From the NCBI GenBank assembly GCA_027320085.1, contig DAHVLZ010000037.1:20392-84391 (forward strand): a stretch of 64,000 nt of DNA, read 5' to 3'. The position numbers and the translations under genes were made by a program. A model generated the notes under the pieces. That model searched no databases. It was not told the origin of the DNA and saw only the letters and a program-made list of their open reading frames with translations. Positions 45,908-55,412 of the stretch are shown here, piece after piece. This stretch comes from Pseudomonadota bacterium. GTDB lineage: Bacteria > Pseudomonadota > Gammaproteobacteria > JAKAQQ01. The number at the start of each line of letters is the position of its first letter. The stretch's first letter is position 1.

Positions 45908-46534
45908 TCAGAGGGTGGTGAGATATTCGGCTACTGCCCGGATCTGGCGGTCCGTCAGGTGGATGGCAATCATGTGCATGATATCGGCATTCTTGTCATG
46001 ACGAACGCCGCTCTTGAAGAACCGCAGCTGCTCTTCCAGGTATTCCGCATTTTGCCCTGCGAGACGCGGATAGATGCCGGTTCCAGCGGCATCCGGCCCG
46101 TGGCAGCTCATGCAGGCTGGAATGTCCTGTTTCAGGATCCCTTGGTGGAAGATCACGTTGCCGACAGCACTCAACCGTCCGCCCAGCTGGGGCGGGGGGA
46201 GCGGCTGGGAGGCATACCATCGGGCTACCGCTACAATTTCCCGGTTGCTGAGCGCTTCGCTCACCGGCCACATGTACATCACACCCGGTGGATCCGAGCG
46301 GCTGCCGTCGCGGAACGCCTTGAGTTGCTCCTCGATGTAGACCTCGCTCTGGTGAGCAAGGCGCGGGATGAACCCGAAACGAGGATCACTGCCGTGCGTG
46401 CTGTGACACATGTAGCAGCTAGTGAGCACGCGGGAAGGAGGAGGGACGGGCGTCGGCGGCGTTGCAGCAAACGCGGCTTCCGCGAAATAGAACAGGAAGA
46501 GGAACAGGGCGGGTCCAATGAACTGGCGTTTCAT
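45908..46534 (-). CDS. cyc1: Diheme cytochrome c4 (Cyc1-like)
   Basis: CYMCH and CMSCH, two PRLA.Q motifs, YMWPV as in Acidithiobacillus Cyc1; GGAGG RBS. Confidence 0.88.
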   Translation of the reverse strand: MKRQFIGPALFLFLFYFAEAAFAATPPTPVPPPSRVLTSCYMCHSTHGSDPRFGFIPRLAHQSEVYIEEQLKAFRDGSRSDPPGVMYMWPVSEALSNREIVAVARWYASQPLPPPQLGGRLSAVGNVIFHQGILKQDIPACMSCHGPDAAGTGIYPRLAGQNAEYLEEQLRFFKSGVRHDKNADIMHMIAIHLTDRQIRAVAEYLTTL

Positions 46535-46571
46535 GGGTGACCTCCAAGAAGCAGGGCCATCCGATTTGAGT

Positions 46572-46613
46572 ATGCTACCCCGTTTTCGAAGATGGAGTCT
46601 TGATTTATGTCAA
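46572..46613 (-). promoter_or_regulatory. FNR/ANR-type box with class II-spaced -10 element upstream of cyc1-cyc2
   Basis: TTGATTTATGTCAA (46600-46613; one mismatch to TTGAT-N4-ATCAA). A centre at -41.5 puts the -10 at 46577-46572 = TAGCAT. Confidence 0.65.
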
Positions 46614-47911
46614 GGAGATTTCCTGTGGGCAGCCTGGCTGACGGCGTGAGCCACGGCCGCATGCGTGGCAGGGTCGAGGACATCCGGCAGGATCTCCCCG
46701 TCAGGTGCCAGTTCGGCCATGCGGTAGGAGGCTGCTAGGAGCATATCCCGCGTGAACCTTCGGGCCCGGGCATCGAGCGCGCCCCTGAAAAGGCCAGGAA
46801 AGCCGAGGGCATTGTTGACGCTGCGCCCATCGGTAGCAAAAGCTGCACCGGCTTCCAGTGCGTGTCGGGCCGAGATTTCCGGCTCCGGATTAGACAGTGC
46901 AAAAATGATCTGGCCGGGTTTGACCGATGCAGGAGCAATGAGATCTTTGACCCCGGTGGTTGCAATCACGATCGAGGCATGGTGCATCAGCTTTTCCAGG
47001 GTGACAAGGGTCCCCCCCAGTTGTTCGAACTCGCTGCGCGCCTCGGGTCGCCGGTCCGTTCCGATCAAGTCACGCACACCGAAATCGCGGATGAGCCGGG
47101 CGATCCCGATTCCGGCCGCGCCGAGTCCCACTTGGCCCACCACTGCCTCATGGAGATTTATCCCGGTTTTGCGCGCGGCCGTAAGAAGGGCCGCCAGTGT
47201 GACCACCGCAGTTCCATCTTGATCATCGTGGAGGACAGGCTTGTCGAGCGCCTGTTCGAGAGCTCGGGTAACGTTGAAACAGGCGGGTGCCGCGATGTCT
47301 TCAAGATGAATCGCTGCAAAACTCCCTTCGATGGCCAGTATGGTGTCCACAATTTTCCTCGGTTCAGTTTCGCGGAGCAGCACTGGGATCCCGGAGAGGC
47401 CAACCATCCGGCTGTAGATCATGGATTTTCCTTCCATCACAGGCAACCCGGCCTGGGCTCCGATCGCGCCGAGTCCCAGAATGGCCGTGCCGTTTGTGAC
47501 GATGCCGACACTGTTGCCGTAGTTGGTCCATTCCCGGATCTTTTCGGGATCGTCCCGGATGGCCAGGCAGACTCGGGCTACTCCCGGGGTGTAGAGGTCA
47601 CGCAACTGCTGGAGCGAGTCGAGGGGAACCTTGGCGACCATCTCAATCTTGCCGCCCCGGTGCCGTTCGAAGACGCGGTCCGATTTGCCGACGAGTCGTG
47701 CGTTCGGTAAGGCCGCCAGCCGTTCGGTGACCCTCCGCCCGGTTTCCTCATCGATCTCGATCGTGATCTCCCAAGTGGTCCTGTCTTGGTGGCGACGGAC
47801 GGCAGTAAGGTGGTCGATCACGACACCACACTCGCCGATTGCAGTGAGAATCCGGCCCAAGCTGCCTGGCCGATGCTCTGACTCGACAAGCAGGATTTCC
47901 GGGATTTGCAT
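46610..47911 (-). CDS. NAD(P)-dependent malic enzyme with N-terminal ACT domain
   Basis: YTPGVARVC, LPVMEGK, HLEDIAAP, HDDQDGT, GLGAAG, ALSNP, NNALGFPG. Confidence 0.92.
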   Translation of the reverse strand: MQIPEILLVESEHRPGSLGRILTAIGECGVVIDHLTAVRRHQDRTTWEITIEIDEETGRRVTERLAALPNARLVGKSDRVFERHRGGKIEMVAKVPLDSLQQLRDLYTPGVARVCLAIRDDPEKIREWTNYGNSVGIVTNGTAILGLGAIGAQAGLPVMEGKSMIYSRMVGLSGIPVLLRETEPRKIVDTILAIEGSFAAIHLEDIAAPACFNVTRALEQALDKPVLHDDQDGTAVVTLAALLTAARKTGINLHEAVVGQVGLGAAGIGIARLIRDFGVRDLIGTDRRPEARSEFEQLGGTLVTLEKLMHHASIVIATTGVKDLIAPASVKPGQIIFALSNPEPEISARHALEAGAAFATDGRSVNNALGFPGLFRGALDARARRFTRDMLLAASYRMAELAPDGEILPDVLDPATHAAVAHAVSQAAHRKSP

Positions 47912-48102
47912 GCGTGTGATCGTGGGGTGGTGGTGAGGAAGAGGGATAAAGACTACTATAAACCCCAAGTCTACGGATCCCCTCGCCGACCGCTCTTCGG
48001 CAGTGGCCCGAAGGGCCATCCCGAGGCCGGATAACAACACTGGCACCGGGCAGCCCCTATAATATCGTCAGCAAATCCCCATCAATCTCCGTGGAGCCCG
48101 GC

Positions 48103-48660
48103 ATGGATCTTCAAGATCGAAAATTCATCCTGACCTTTTCCATCTTCCTGCTGGTGCTGCTGGTTGTTGCGGTCGTCCTGATTTTCCTGGCGAATGGTCT
48201 CGCCGTCCAATCCCGTGATGAAAGCTATGGGGCTTCCCGACTGGCTGAGCGGCAGGCCTATATGCGGCTTCGGCCAGTGGGCCAGGTCAGGCTGGAGTCA
48301 AAATCCGTTTCGGGTGTACCTGCCGCGACGCCCATGACGGCAACCGTCCAAGGCCCAGCTTTTAAGATACCGACCGAGATCACGCATTTCATGACGGCCC
48401 AAGGCTGTTTCGCTTGTCATGCCATCGATAGCAAAGTAGTAGGGCCGGCCTATGCTTGGGTGGCCTACCGCTTCCGTGGGCAGACTGCGGCAGCTGTTGT
48501 GAAGCTGGCCCACAAAATCATCAAGGGCGGAACGGGTTACTGGAACCCGTGGACCGGGGGGATCGCCATGCCGGCCCATCCCCAACTGACTTTGGCCCAG
48601 GCCGAGACCCTGGCCCGTTGGGTGTTGGCCCAGCATCCTCTGGCACCGCCCAAACCCTAA
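48103..48660 (+). CDS. Membrane-anchored monoheme cytochrome c (c5-type anchor, c551/c552-like heme domain)
   Basis: N-terminal TM, RLRPVGQV linker, GCFACHAIDSKVVGPAY...IIKGGTGYW...MPAH. Confidence 0.88.
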   Translation: MDLQDRKFILTFSIFLLVLLVVAVVLIFLANGLAVQSRDESYGASRLAERQAYMRLRPVGQVRLESKSVSGVPAATPMTATVQGPAFKIPTEITHFMTAQGCFACHAIDSKVVGPAYAWVAYRFRGQTAAAVVKLAHKIIKGGTGYWNPWTGGIAMPAHPQLTLAQAETLARWVLAQHPLAPPKP

Positions 48661-48684
48661 CTCTGAGGAGAGATCTCCTAGCAA

Positions 48685-48978
48685 TCAGTGGCGGGACGTC
48701 TTACGGGGACCCTCTCCAGTTCCGGACTTCTCGCGGCCACCCATCTCCTCGAGCCGGGCGGTGAGCGTCTCAATCCGTTCCGACAGACGCGTGGCCAGTT
48801 CGCGCTGGGCCTCGAACTCCTCACGCGTCACCAAGTCCAGGCGACTCAAGGCACCGTTCATGCGGGCCCTCAGATTCTTCCTGAAGTCCCGACCCAGATC
48901 CTCGAGATCGTCAGGAAGGGCCTGCCGTATTTTGCATAATACCGAGTCGAGCGAGTCTGAAAGCGTAGCCATCTTCAT
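48685..48978 (-). CDS. ubiK: Ubiquinone biosynthesis accessory factor (BMFP family)
   Basis: LSRLDLVTREEFEAQ signature. Confidence 0.88.
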   Translation of the reverse strand: MKMATLSDSLDSVLCKIRQALPDDLEDLGRDFRKNLRARMNGALSRLDLVTREEFEAQRELATRLSERIETLTARLEEMGGREKSGTGEGPRKTSRH

Positions 48979-49024
48979 TCTCCGATCCTTTCGGGCGCGA
49001 AAACGCGAAGGGTATATAGTTTAA

Positions 49025-49405
<381 letters not shown>

Positions 49406-49406
49406 G

Positions 49407-49880
49407 ATGAGGCGACAAATCGTAGTGGCTATGGTGTGCGCTTGGGTGGTGGTAGCCCTGTTAGCTCCACGGGGTGTGCAGGCCCATGGGATCTACCGCT
49501 GGGTCGGGCCTCATGGCACCGTCCACTACTCCGATGTGCCACCTGATGGCGTACATTACCACCGTGTCGCGCTTGCGGCTCCCTCGGGCTTTGGCAGCAG
49601 CAGTGCTCCCAAGACCGCCGCCAAGGTGCCGGCTGGTAAAAAAGGCAAGCCCAAACCGGTGGCCCGCAAGGTGCCCGGCTTGACGCCAGCGCAGGCGAAA
49701 GTGTTTTGCCAAGTGGCCCGTAGGCGATACCAACACCTCGAATCAGTTCGTCGACTCCAGCTCGTCCAGCCGAATGGCAAGAGTCAATATCTCACCGGAG
49801 AGAATCTGGTCCAGTACAAAAACAATGCCCGGGCCCGTATGCAACTCTTCTGCAAGAAGGCCTCATCGGCAGCAGGTTAG
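49407..49880 (+). CDS. DUF4124-domain exported protein
   Basis: Signal peptide then IYRWVGPHGTVHYSDVPP; two C-terminal Cys. Confidence 0.85.
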   Translation: MRRQIVVAMVCAWVVVALLAPRGVQAHGIYRWVGPHGTVHYSDVPPDGVHYHRVALAAPSGFGSSSAPKTAAKVPAGKKGKPKPVARKVPGLTPAQAKVFCQVARRRYQHLESVRRLQLVQPNGKSQYLTGENLVQYKNNARARMQLFCKKASSAAG

Positions 49881-49881
49881 G

Positions 49882-50730
49882 TCAGAGGAGCCGCTTGAAC
49901 AGTTCGGGAAGGCCGCCAACAACGAGGCCGCGGTGCAGGTCGCTTGAATAGTAGCGAGGCCGCGGGATGAGGGTGTCGTGCGAACGGAAGGTATCGAGCG
50001 GAGTAGTTGAGGAGGCGAGGCTCACCGACCAGACTCCCGAGGGGTAAGTCGGTTGCGAGAAGGGAAGCAGGATACGTTCTCGGAAGCCGGCCTGGGCGAG
50101 CCGTTCATGGATCTGTTTCACGAGATCTGGGTAAAGGAAGGGGGACTCGCTCTGCAGTGCAAGGATACCGTCCGGTTTGAGGCGGCTGCGGCAGGTTGTG
50201 TAAAACTCGCTTTCGAAAAGCCCCTTGGCCGGACCGACAGGGTCGGTGCTATCGATGCAAAGAACGTCGATACTGTCCTGAGGAGCTTTCTCGATCCAGC
50301 GCAACGCATCCTCGTAGTGCAGGAGGGCACGCGGATCATCTCCCGCCGGAGCCAGTTCTGGGAAATGGAGCCGAGCGAGGGCCGTGACGGCTTCGTCGAT
50401 TTCGACCTGTACCGCGGACTCGACCTCCGGGTGCTTAAGCACTTCCGTCAGGGTTCCGCAATCGCCACCTCCAACGATCACAACCCGTCTTGGCCGAGGA
50501 TGGGTCAGAAGCGCCGGATGGACCAACATCTCATGATAGATGAAGTGATCCCGCTCGGTCAGCATGATGCAACCGTCGATTGCCATGAGATGGCCGAAAT
50601 CCTCTGTTTCAAAGATCTCAATCGTCTGGTAGGGGCTTTCGACGCGGGCAAGCCGCTTGTGGACCCTGAGCCCGATCGAGTATCCGGCTCCGGGGGCCTG
50701 TTCCACAAACCATTGGGTATCATCCATCAT
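49882..50730 (-). CDS. speE: Polyamine aminopropyltransferase (spermidine synthase)
   Basis: YHEMLVHP, VGGGDCG, VEID, IDSTDPVGP, PTYPSG. Confidence 0.95.
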   Translation of the reverse strand: MMDDTQWFVEQAPGAGYSIGLRVHKRLARVESPYQTIEIFETEDFGHLMAIDGCIMLTERDHFIYHEMLVHPALLTHPRPRRVVIVGGGDCGTLTEVLKHPEVESAVQVEIDEAVTALARLHFPELAPAGDDPRALLHYEDALRWIEKAPQDSIDVLCIDSTDPVGPAKGLFESEFYTTCRSRLKPDGILALQSESPFLYPDLVKQIHERLAQAGFRERILLPFSQPTYPSGVWSVSLASSTTPLDTFRSHDTLIPRPRYYSSDLHRGLVVGGLPELFKRLL

Positions 50731-50764
50731 ATGGGTACCTTCGCCTGTCGAAAAGCGGACTGTC

Positions 50765-52690
50765 ATGCCGGTTGAATCACCTACCCCCGATCCTCTCCTG
50801 CCAACGACCGGAGGTGCTCCGGCACGATCCCGCTATGGACTGCCCCGTTGGGGGGAGGGCTTCTTCGATATCGATGGGCAAGGACATTGTATCGTACGCC
50901 CTGATCCCCAGGGAACCCGAAGCCTTGATTTGGCCGGGATCACGGAGCAGCTTCTGGCCTTGGGACACCGCCTCCCCATCCTATTGCGCTTTCCGGAAAT
51001 CCTGCAGCAGCGTCTGCAACAGCTCACATTGGCTTTCGAGCGGGCGCGTGGCCGGGAGGGCTACACCGGACAGTACCTCCCGATCTATCCCATCAAAGTC
51101 AACCAGGAGCGGGCAGTGGTTGAGGCCTTGGTCGGTGCGGCCGGTTCCGGTATCGGCCTCGAGGCAGGCAGCAAGCCGGAACTCGTCATGGCCTTGGCTC
51201 TGGCCCCCCGGGCAGGAACGATCGTAGCCAACGGGTATAAGGATCGGGACTACATTCGTCTTGCACTTATGGCGACCCGGCTTGGGCACCGGGTCTATCT
51301 CGTGCTCGAGAAACCGACGGAACTTGGACGCATTCTAGAGGAATCCCGCGTCCTCGACGTTGTCCCGCAACTCGGTATTCGTGTACGCCTGGCCAGCATT
51401 GCCGGGGGTAAATGGCAGAATACAGGCGGAGCCAAGTCCAAGTTCGGATTCACCATTCCAGAACTGATCGAGACCATCGAGCGGCTCGAACAGTCAGAGT
51501 TGCGGGGCAGACTCGAGCTCTTGCACTTCCACATGGGTTCTCAGATCGCCAACCTGCGTGATATCCAGGGAGCCTTGCGTGAGGCTGGGCGCATCTGGGC
51601 CGAGCTTAGGCGCCGCGGCATCGCGCTGGGTACCGTGGACGTCGGGGGTGGACTGGCCGTGGATTACGATGGAACCCGCTCGCGCGGCGACTGTTCGATG
51701 AACTACTCGATCGGACAGTACGCCGAGGTGATCGTACGTACATTCAAGGAGGCGGCCCAGGCGGCGGGATGTCCTGAGCCTGATCTCCTGTCTGAGTCGG
51801 GTCGTGCCCTGAGTGCCCACCACGCACTTCTGGTCACGGATGTCATCGAAACCGAACCACCCATCACCGAAACCCTACCCATCCGGTCGGCCCATCCAGA
51901 TTGGGCGCTCGGCGAACTCTGGGCACTGTACGAGCAGGAGGTGGCCCAGTCGCCGCAGGAGGTCTACCAAGAAGCCGTGTACTGGCTGGCCGAGGTGCAT
52001 GCCCGTTTCAGCCGGGGGGAGATCGGGCTGCAAGGTCGAGCCGAGGCCGAACACCTGTTCCAGTTGATCCTGCGCCAGGTGGAGCGGCGCTGGGCACCGT
52101 CTGTCCACACCGGAGTATCCGATTTGCACGCCGAACTCGAGGAACGTCTGGCTGGCAAGATGTTCTGCAACCTCTCGATCTTCCAGTCCATGCCCGACGT
52201 TTGGGCGCTCGATCAAGTTTTCCCGATTGTGCCACTCACCGGACATAACCAACCGGCCGTCCGCCGGGTCCGGCTCTATGATCTTACCTGCGATTCCGAC
52301 GGCCGGATTGACCAGTACGTCGGTCCTGACTGCCTGATGCCGAGCCTTCCGGTCCCGGCGGGAAATGGGCAGCCCCCTCCCTGGCTTGGGTTTTTTCTGC
52401 TCGGTGCCTACCAGGAAATCCTCGGGGATATGCATAACCTGTTCGGAGGCACCGATTCGGCCGTCATTGAGTCTACGGAGGCCGGTTTTAGGGTCACAGC
52501 CCGCCACCGGGGGGATTCTGCCCGTGATCTTCTGCAGCACGTCCACTTCGAGGTATCCGAAATCGAGCGGCGGGTTGCTGACAAGCTGGCCTATGCCGAT
52601 TGCCCAGAGGAAAGTGCTCAAAGTCTCGTCGCGGAACTCAAGCATATTCTCGAAGGCTCGACCTATCTCACGGGAGATCTGCCACCATGA
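50765..52690 (+). CDS. speA: Biosynthetic arginine decarboxylase
   Basis: YPIKVNQ, GLEAGSKPEL, HFHMGSQ, DVGGGL.VDYDG, TCDSDG, GAYQEILG. Confidence 0.96.
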   Translation: MPVESPTPDPLLPTTGGAPARSRYGLPRWGEGFFDIDGQGHCIVRPDPQGTRSLDLAGITEQLLALGHRLPILLRFPEILQQRLQQLTLAFERARGREGYTGQYLPIYPIKVNQERAVVEALVGAAGSGIGLEAGSKPELVMALALAPRAGTIVANGYKDRDYIRLALMATRLGHRVYLVLEKPTELGRILEESRVLDVVPQLGIRVRLASIAGGKWQNTGGAKSKFGFTIPELIETIERLEQSELRGRLELLHFHMGSQIANLRDIQGALREAGRIWAELRRRGIALGTVDVGGGLAVDYDGTRSRGDCSMNYSIGQYAEVIVRTFKEAAQAAGCPEPDLLSESGRALSAHHALLVTDVIETEPPITETLPIRSAHPDWALGELWALYEQEVAQSPQEVYQEAVYWLAEVHARFSRGEIGLQGRAEAEHLFQLILRQVERRWAPSVHTGVSDLHAELEERLAGKMFCNLSIFQSMPDVWALDQVFPIVPLTGHNQPAVRRVRLYDLTCDSDGRIDQYVGPDCLMPSLPVPAGNGQPPPWLGFFLLGAYQEILGDMHNLFGGTDSAVIESTEAGFRVTARHRGDSARDLLQHVHFEVSEIERRVADKLAYADCPEESAQSLVAELKHILEGSTYLTGDLPP

Positions 52691-53580
52691 TGAAGCCAGG
52701 GACATCCCCCCAAGCCAGCTTCATAGGGTTGGGCGCCATGGGCGGGCCCATGGCCGCCACCCTTGCCCGGGCTGGCCATCTCGCCGGAGCCTGGAACCGC
52801 AGCCCGGCACGCGCTGAGATTTGGGGCCGGGAGCACGGGGCGAGGGTCTTCACAACTTTGGTCGAAGTCGCTCGCGCCGCTCCCGTCATCATCCTGTGTG
52901 TAAGCCGGGATGCCGATGTGCTTGAGCTTGTGGACCGCCTTTTACCTCACCTCGCCTCAGGCCAGATCGTGATTGACTGCTCCACGACGGCTCCGGAAAC
53001 GGCGCGTAGTGCAGGGTTGAGGTTCCGGGTCAAGGGAGTGTCTTTCCTGGACTGCCCGGTATCCGGAGGAACTGAGGGTGCGGCAGCGGGCACGTTGACC
53101 CTCTTTGTAGGTGGTGAGGCGGAAATCGTCGAGCGAGCCCGACCACTCCTCGCGGCCCTTGGATCCCGGATTACCCATCTTGGGCCAACGGGCCAGGGGC
53201 AGGCGGCCAAGGCGGTCAATCAGCTAATGCTGGCAGGTATCAATCAAGCTGTTGCGGAGGCACTGGCCTTCGCCGCTTCGGAAAATCTACCGCTCCCGGA
53301 ACTGATTGCCGCGTTGTCCCAGGGGGCGGCGGCGAGCTGGTTTCTTACCCGTCGGGGTCCGTACATGGCTGAACGGAACTACCCTCTGGGTTTCAAGATG
53401 GCACTTCATGCCAAAGACCTGCGCATCTGCCGTGATATGGCCGCACGGCAGGGGGTGCAGCTCCCCCTTGTGGAAATGACACTCCATCATTACGACCGAC
53501 TACTGGAGCGCTCGGAGCAAGACTTGTCGGCCCTTTTCGAGCTCAAGCGTGCCCTCTTCGAGACCAAAGGCCGGGCCTGA
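52687..53580 (+). CDS. NAD(P)-dependent beta-hydroxyacid dehydrogenase family oxidoreductase
   Basis: FIGLGAMG, DCPVSGG, KAVNQ, HAKDL. Confidence 0.88.
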   Translation: MMKPGTSPQASFIGLGAMGGPMAATLARAGHLAGAWNRSPARAEIWGREHGARVFTTLVEVARAAPVIILCVSRDADVLELVDRLLPHLASGQIVIDCSTTAPETARSAGLRFRVKGVSFLDCPVSGGTEGAAAGTLTLFVGGEAEIVERARPLLAALGSRITHLGPTGQGQAAKAVNQLMLAGINQAVAEALAFAASENLPLPELIAALSQGAAASWFLTRRGPYMAERNYPLGFKMALHAKDLRICRDMAARQGVQLPLVEMTLHHYDRLLERSEQDLSALFELKRALFETKGRA

Positions 53581-54655
53581 GGCCAAGGCAGGCAAACAGG
53601 CCTGGCGGGTACCCGCCAGCCACTCATCTTGGAGCTTCTTGCCTGAAGTCTGTTCAGGGACCTCCACGCTGAGCCTGATCCTCATGGCCGAATTAGTGGC
53701 CTTGGTCCTCACACTGGTCCAGTCGGAATGGCTGGGCGCCTTCTGGGTTGGCTGGGGGTGGATCTCGCTTTATGTGCAGTGGATCACCCTGACCGGCGCC
53801 GGACTACTCTGCGGGCTTCGACGCTGGGCGCCACCCCTTCCGCAATCGGCCGCCCTGCTTTTGTCCTATATCCTCCTGCTCGTAACCGCAATCGGGATCG
53901 GCTGGGGGGTCGAGGTGCTGTGGCCGCTCCCCGCGGAGCCGCTCCAGGGGTTTCTCTGGCGTAGCACGCTGGCCGCTGCCATCATCGATCTACTGGTTTT
54001 GCGCCATCTTTATGTGCTTGGTCGCTGGCGGAACCAGGTTCAGGCCGAGGCGGAGGTTCGTCTCGAGGCGCTGGAGTCACGCCTGCGTCCACACTTTCTG
54101 TTCAATACGCTGAACTCCATCATCGCACTGGTCCGAGTGGCGCCGGATGCGGCCGAGCAGGCGCTGCTCGACCTGTCTGACCTGTTCCGCGCCGTGCTTC
54201 AGAAACCTTCATCCCGTTCGACTTTGGGGCAGGAACTCGATTGGGCCAGGCGCTACCTGGCCTTGGAGCAGATCAGGCTTGGTGACCGACTTGAGGTCGT
54301 CTGGGAAACCCAGGCCCTACCTGCCGATGCTGAAGTCCCTCGCCTCCTTCTCCAACCCATTGTGGAAAATGCGGTTTATCATGGGGTTGAGGGCATGGCT
54401 AGCGGTGGACGCATCGAAATCAAAGGACAGTTGTCGGGAGGCCACGTGGAACTCGTGATCAGCAATCCGAGATCCGGAGAACGGCGAACGGGCCGGGGAC
54501 ATGGGCTCGGGCTCAACATCCTGAAAAGCCGACTTTCACTGGCGTTCCCCGACACGCTGGATCCGGTCCGGGTCGAGGTCGGAGACGATGGCCAGTTCCG
54601 GATCCGTCTGCACCTTCCTTACGTGACTGGACGGGAGCGGGTGGCCGGTTCGTGA
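53549..54655 (+). CDS. LytS-type sensor histidine kinase (AlgZ/FimS-like); start uncertain
   Basis: TM region, RLRPHFLFNTLNSI, LQPIVENAVYHG. Confidence 0.88.
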   Translation: MPSSRPKAGPEAKAGKQAWRVPASHSSWSFLPEVCSGTSTLSLILMAELVALVLTLVQSEWLGAFWVGWGWISLYVQWITLTGAGLLCGLRRWAPPLPQSAALLLSYILLLVTAIGIGWGVEVLWPLPAEPLQGFLWRSTLAAAIIDLLVLRHLYVLGRWRNQVQAEAEVRLEALESRLRPHFLFNTLNSIIALVRVAPDAAEQALLDLSDLFRAVLQKPSSRSTLGQELDWARRYLALEQIRLGDRLEVVWETQALPADAEVPRLLLQPIVENAVYHGVEGMASGGRIEIKGQLSGGHVELVISNPRSGERRTGRGHGLGLNILKSRLSLAFPDTLDPVRVEVGDDGQFRIRLHLPYVTGRERVAGS

Positions 54656-55380
54656 CGCAAGTTCTCGTCGCGGACGACGAAGCCCTGGCCCGGGTGCGTC
54701 TCCGGGGACTGCTAGAGGTGGTTCTGCCTGGAGCGGGGATTATCGAGGCCTGTGACGGTCGTGAAGCCCTGCTTCTGCTGCAGGACCAGCCCGTCGATGT
54801 GGTTTTTCTTGATATCCGGATGCCCGGGATTGATGGCATCGAGGTGGTGAGGCATCTGGCCGCCTTGGGTGTTGAGGCACCGCGTGTCATTTTCACGACC
54901 GCCTACGACCACTTTGCGATCCAGGCGTTCGAAGTCGGGGCCGTAGGCTATCTCGTGAAACCCGTCCGCCTTGAGCAACTTACAGCGACGATGGAACGGA
55001 TCAAGCATGGATGGCCCCGTGTGCCGCTTCCGCCCGAAGGGGCAAGGCGCCGATGGATCGTGTCTCGGTCAAGTGGCGAACTTCGCATGGTGGCGGTTAG
55101 GATGGTGTTTTATTTTGAGGCCCAGGACAAATACGTGCGGGCTATCCATGCGCAGGGCCAACTTCTCTTGAACGAGCCCCTGGTTGTGCTCGAAAAGGAA
55201 TTCGCAGACCGTTTCGTCAGGGTCCACCGGCGGTTTCTGGTCGCCCGGGACAGGATCCATCGCTTGGTGCACGAACCCTCCGGCGACCGTTTCATTGAGT
55301 TGGTGGGCCATCCGGCGCGGATTCCGGTCAGCCGGCGCCTGGCCCCAGCCTTACGGCGCAAAATCTTGGCCCCGGATTGA
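54652..55380 (+). CDS. LytTR response regulator (AlgR-like)
   Basis: DDE, FLDIRMP, LVKP receiver; FVRVHR and VSRR LytTR motifs; upstream of hemC. Confidence 0.9.
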   Translation: MTQVLVADDEALARVRLRGLLEVVLPGAGIIEACDGREALLLLQDQPVDVVFLDIRMPGIDGIEVVRHLAALGVEAPRVIFTTAYDHFAIQAFEVGAVGYLVKPVRLEQLTATMERIKHGWPRVPLPPEGARRRWIVSRSSGELRMVAVRMVFYFEAQDKYVRAIHAQGQLLLNEPLVVLEKEFADRFVRVHRRFLVARDRIHRLVHEPSGDRFIELVGHPARIPVSRRLAPALRRKILAPD

Positions 55381-55412
55381 GATTGGCCCCCGGCCTGTGT
55401 TCCAATTGGCAG

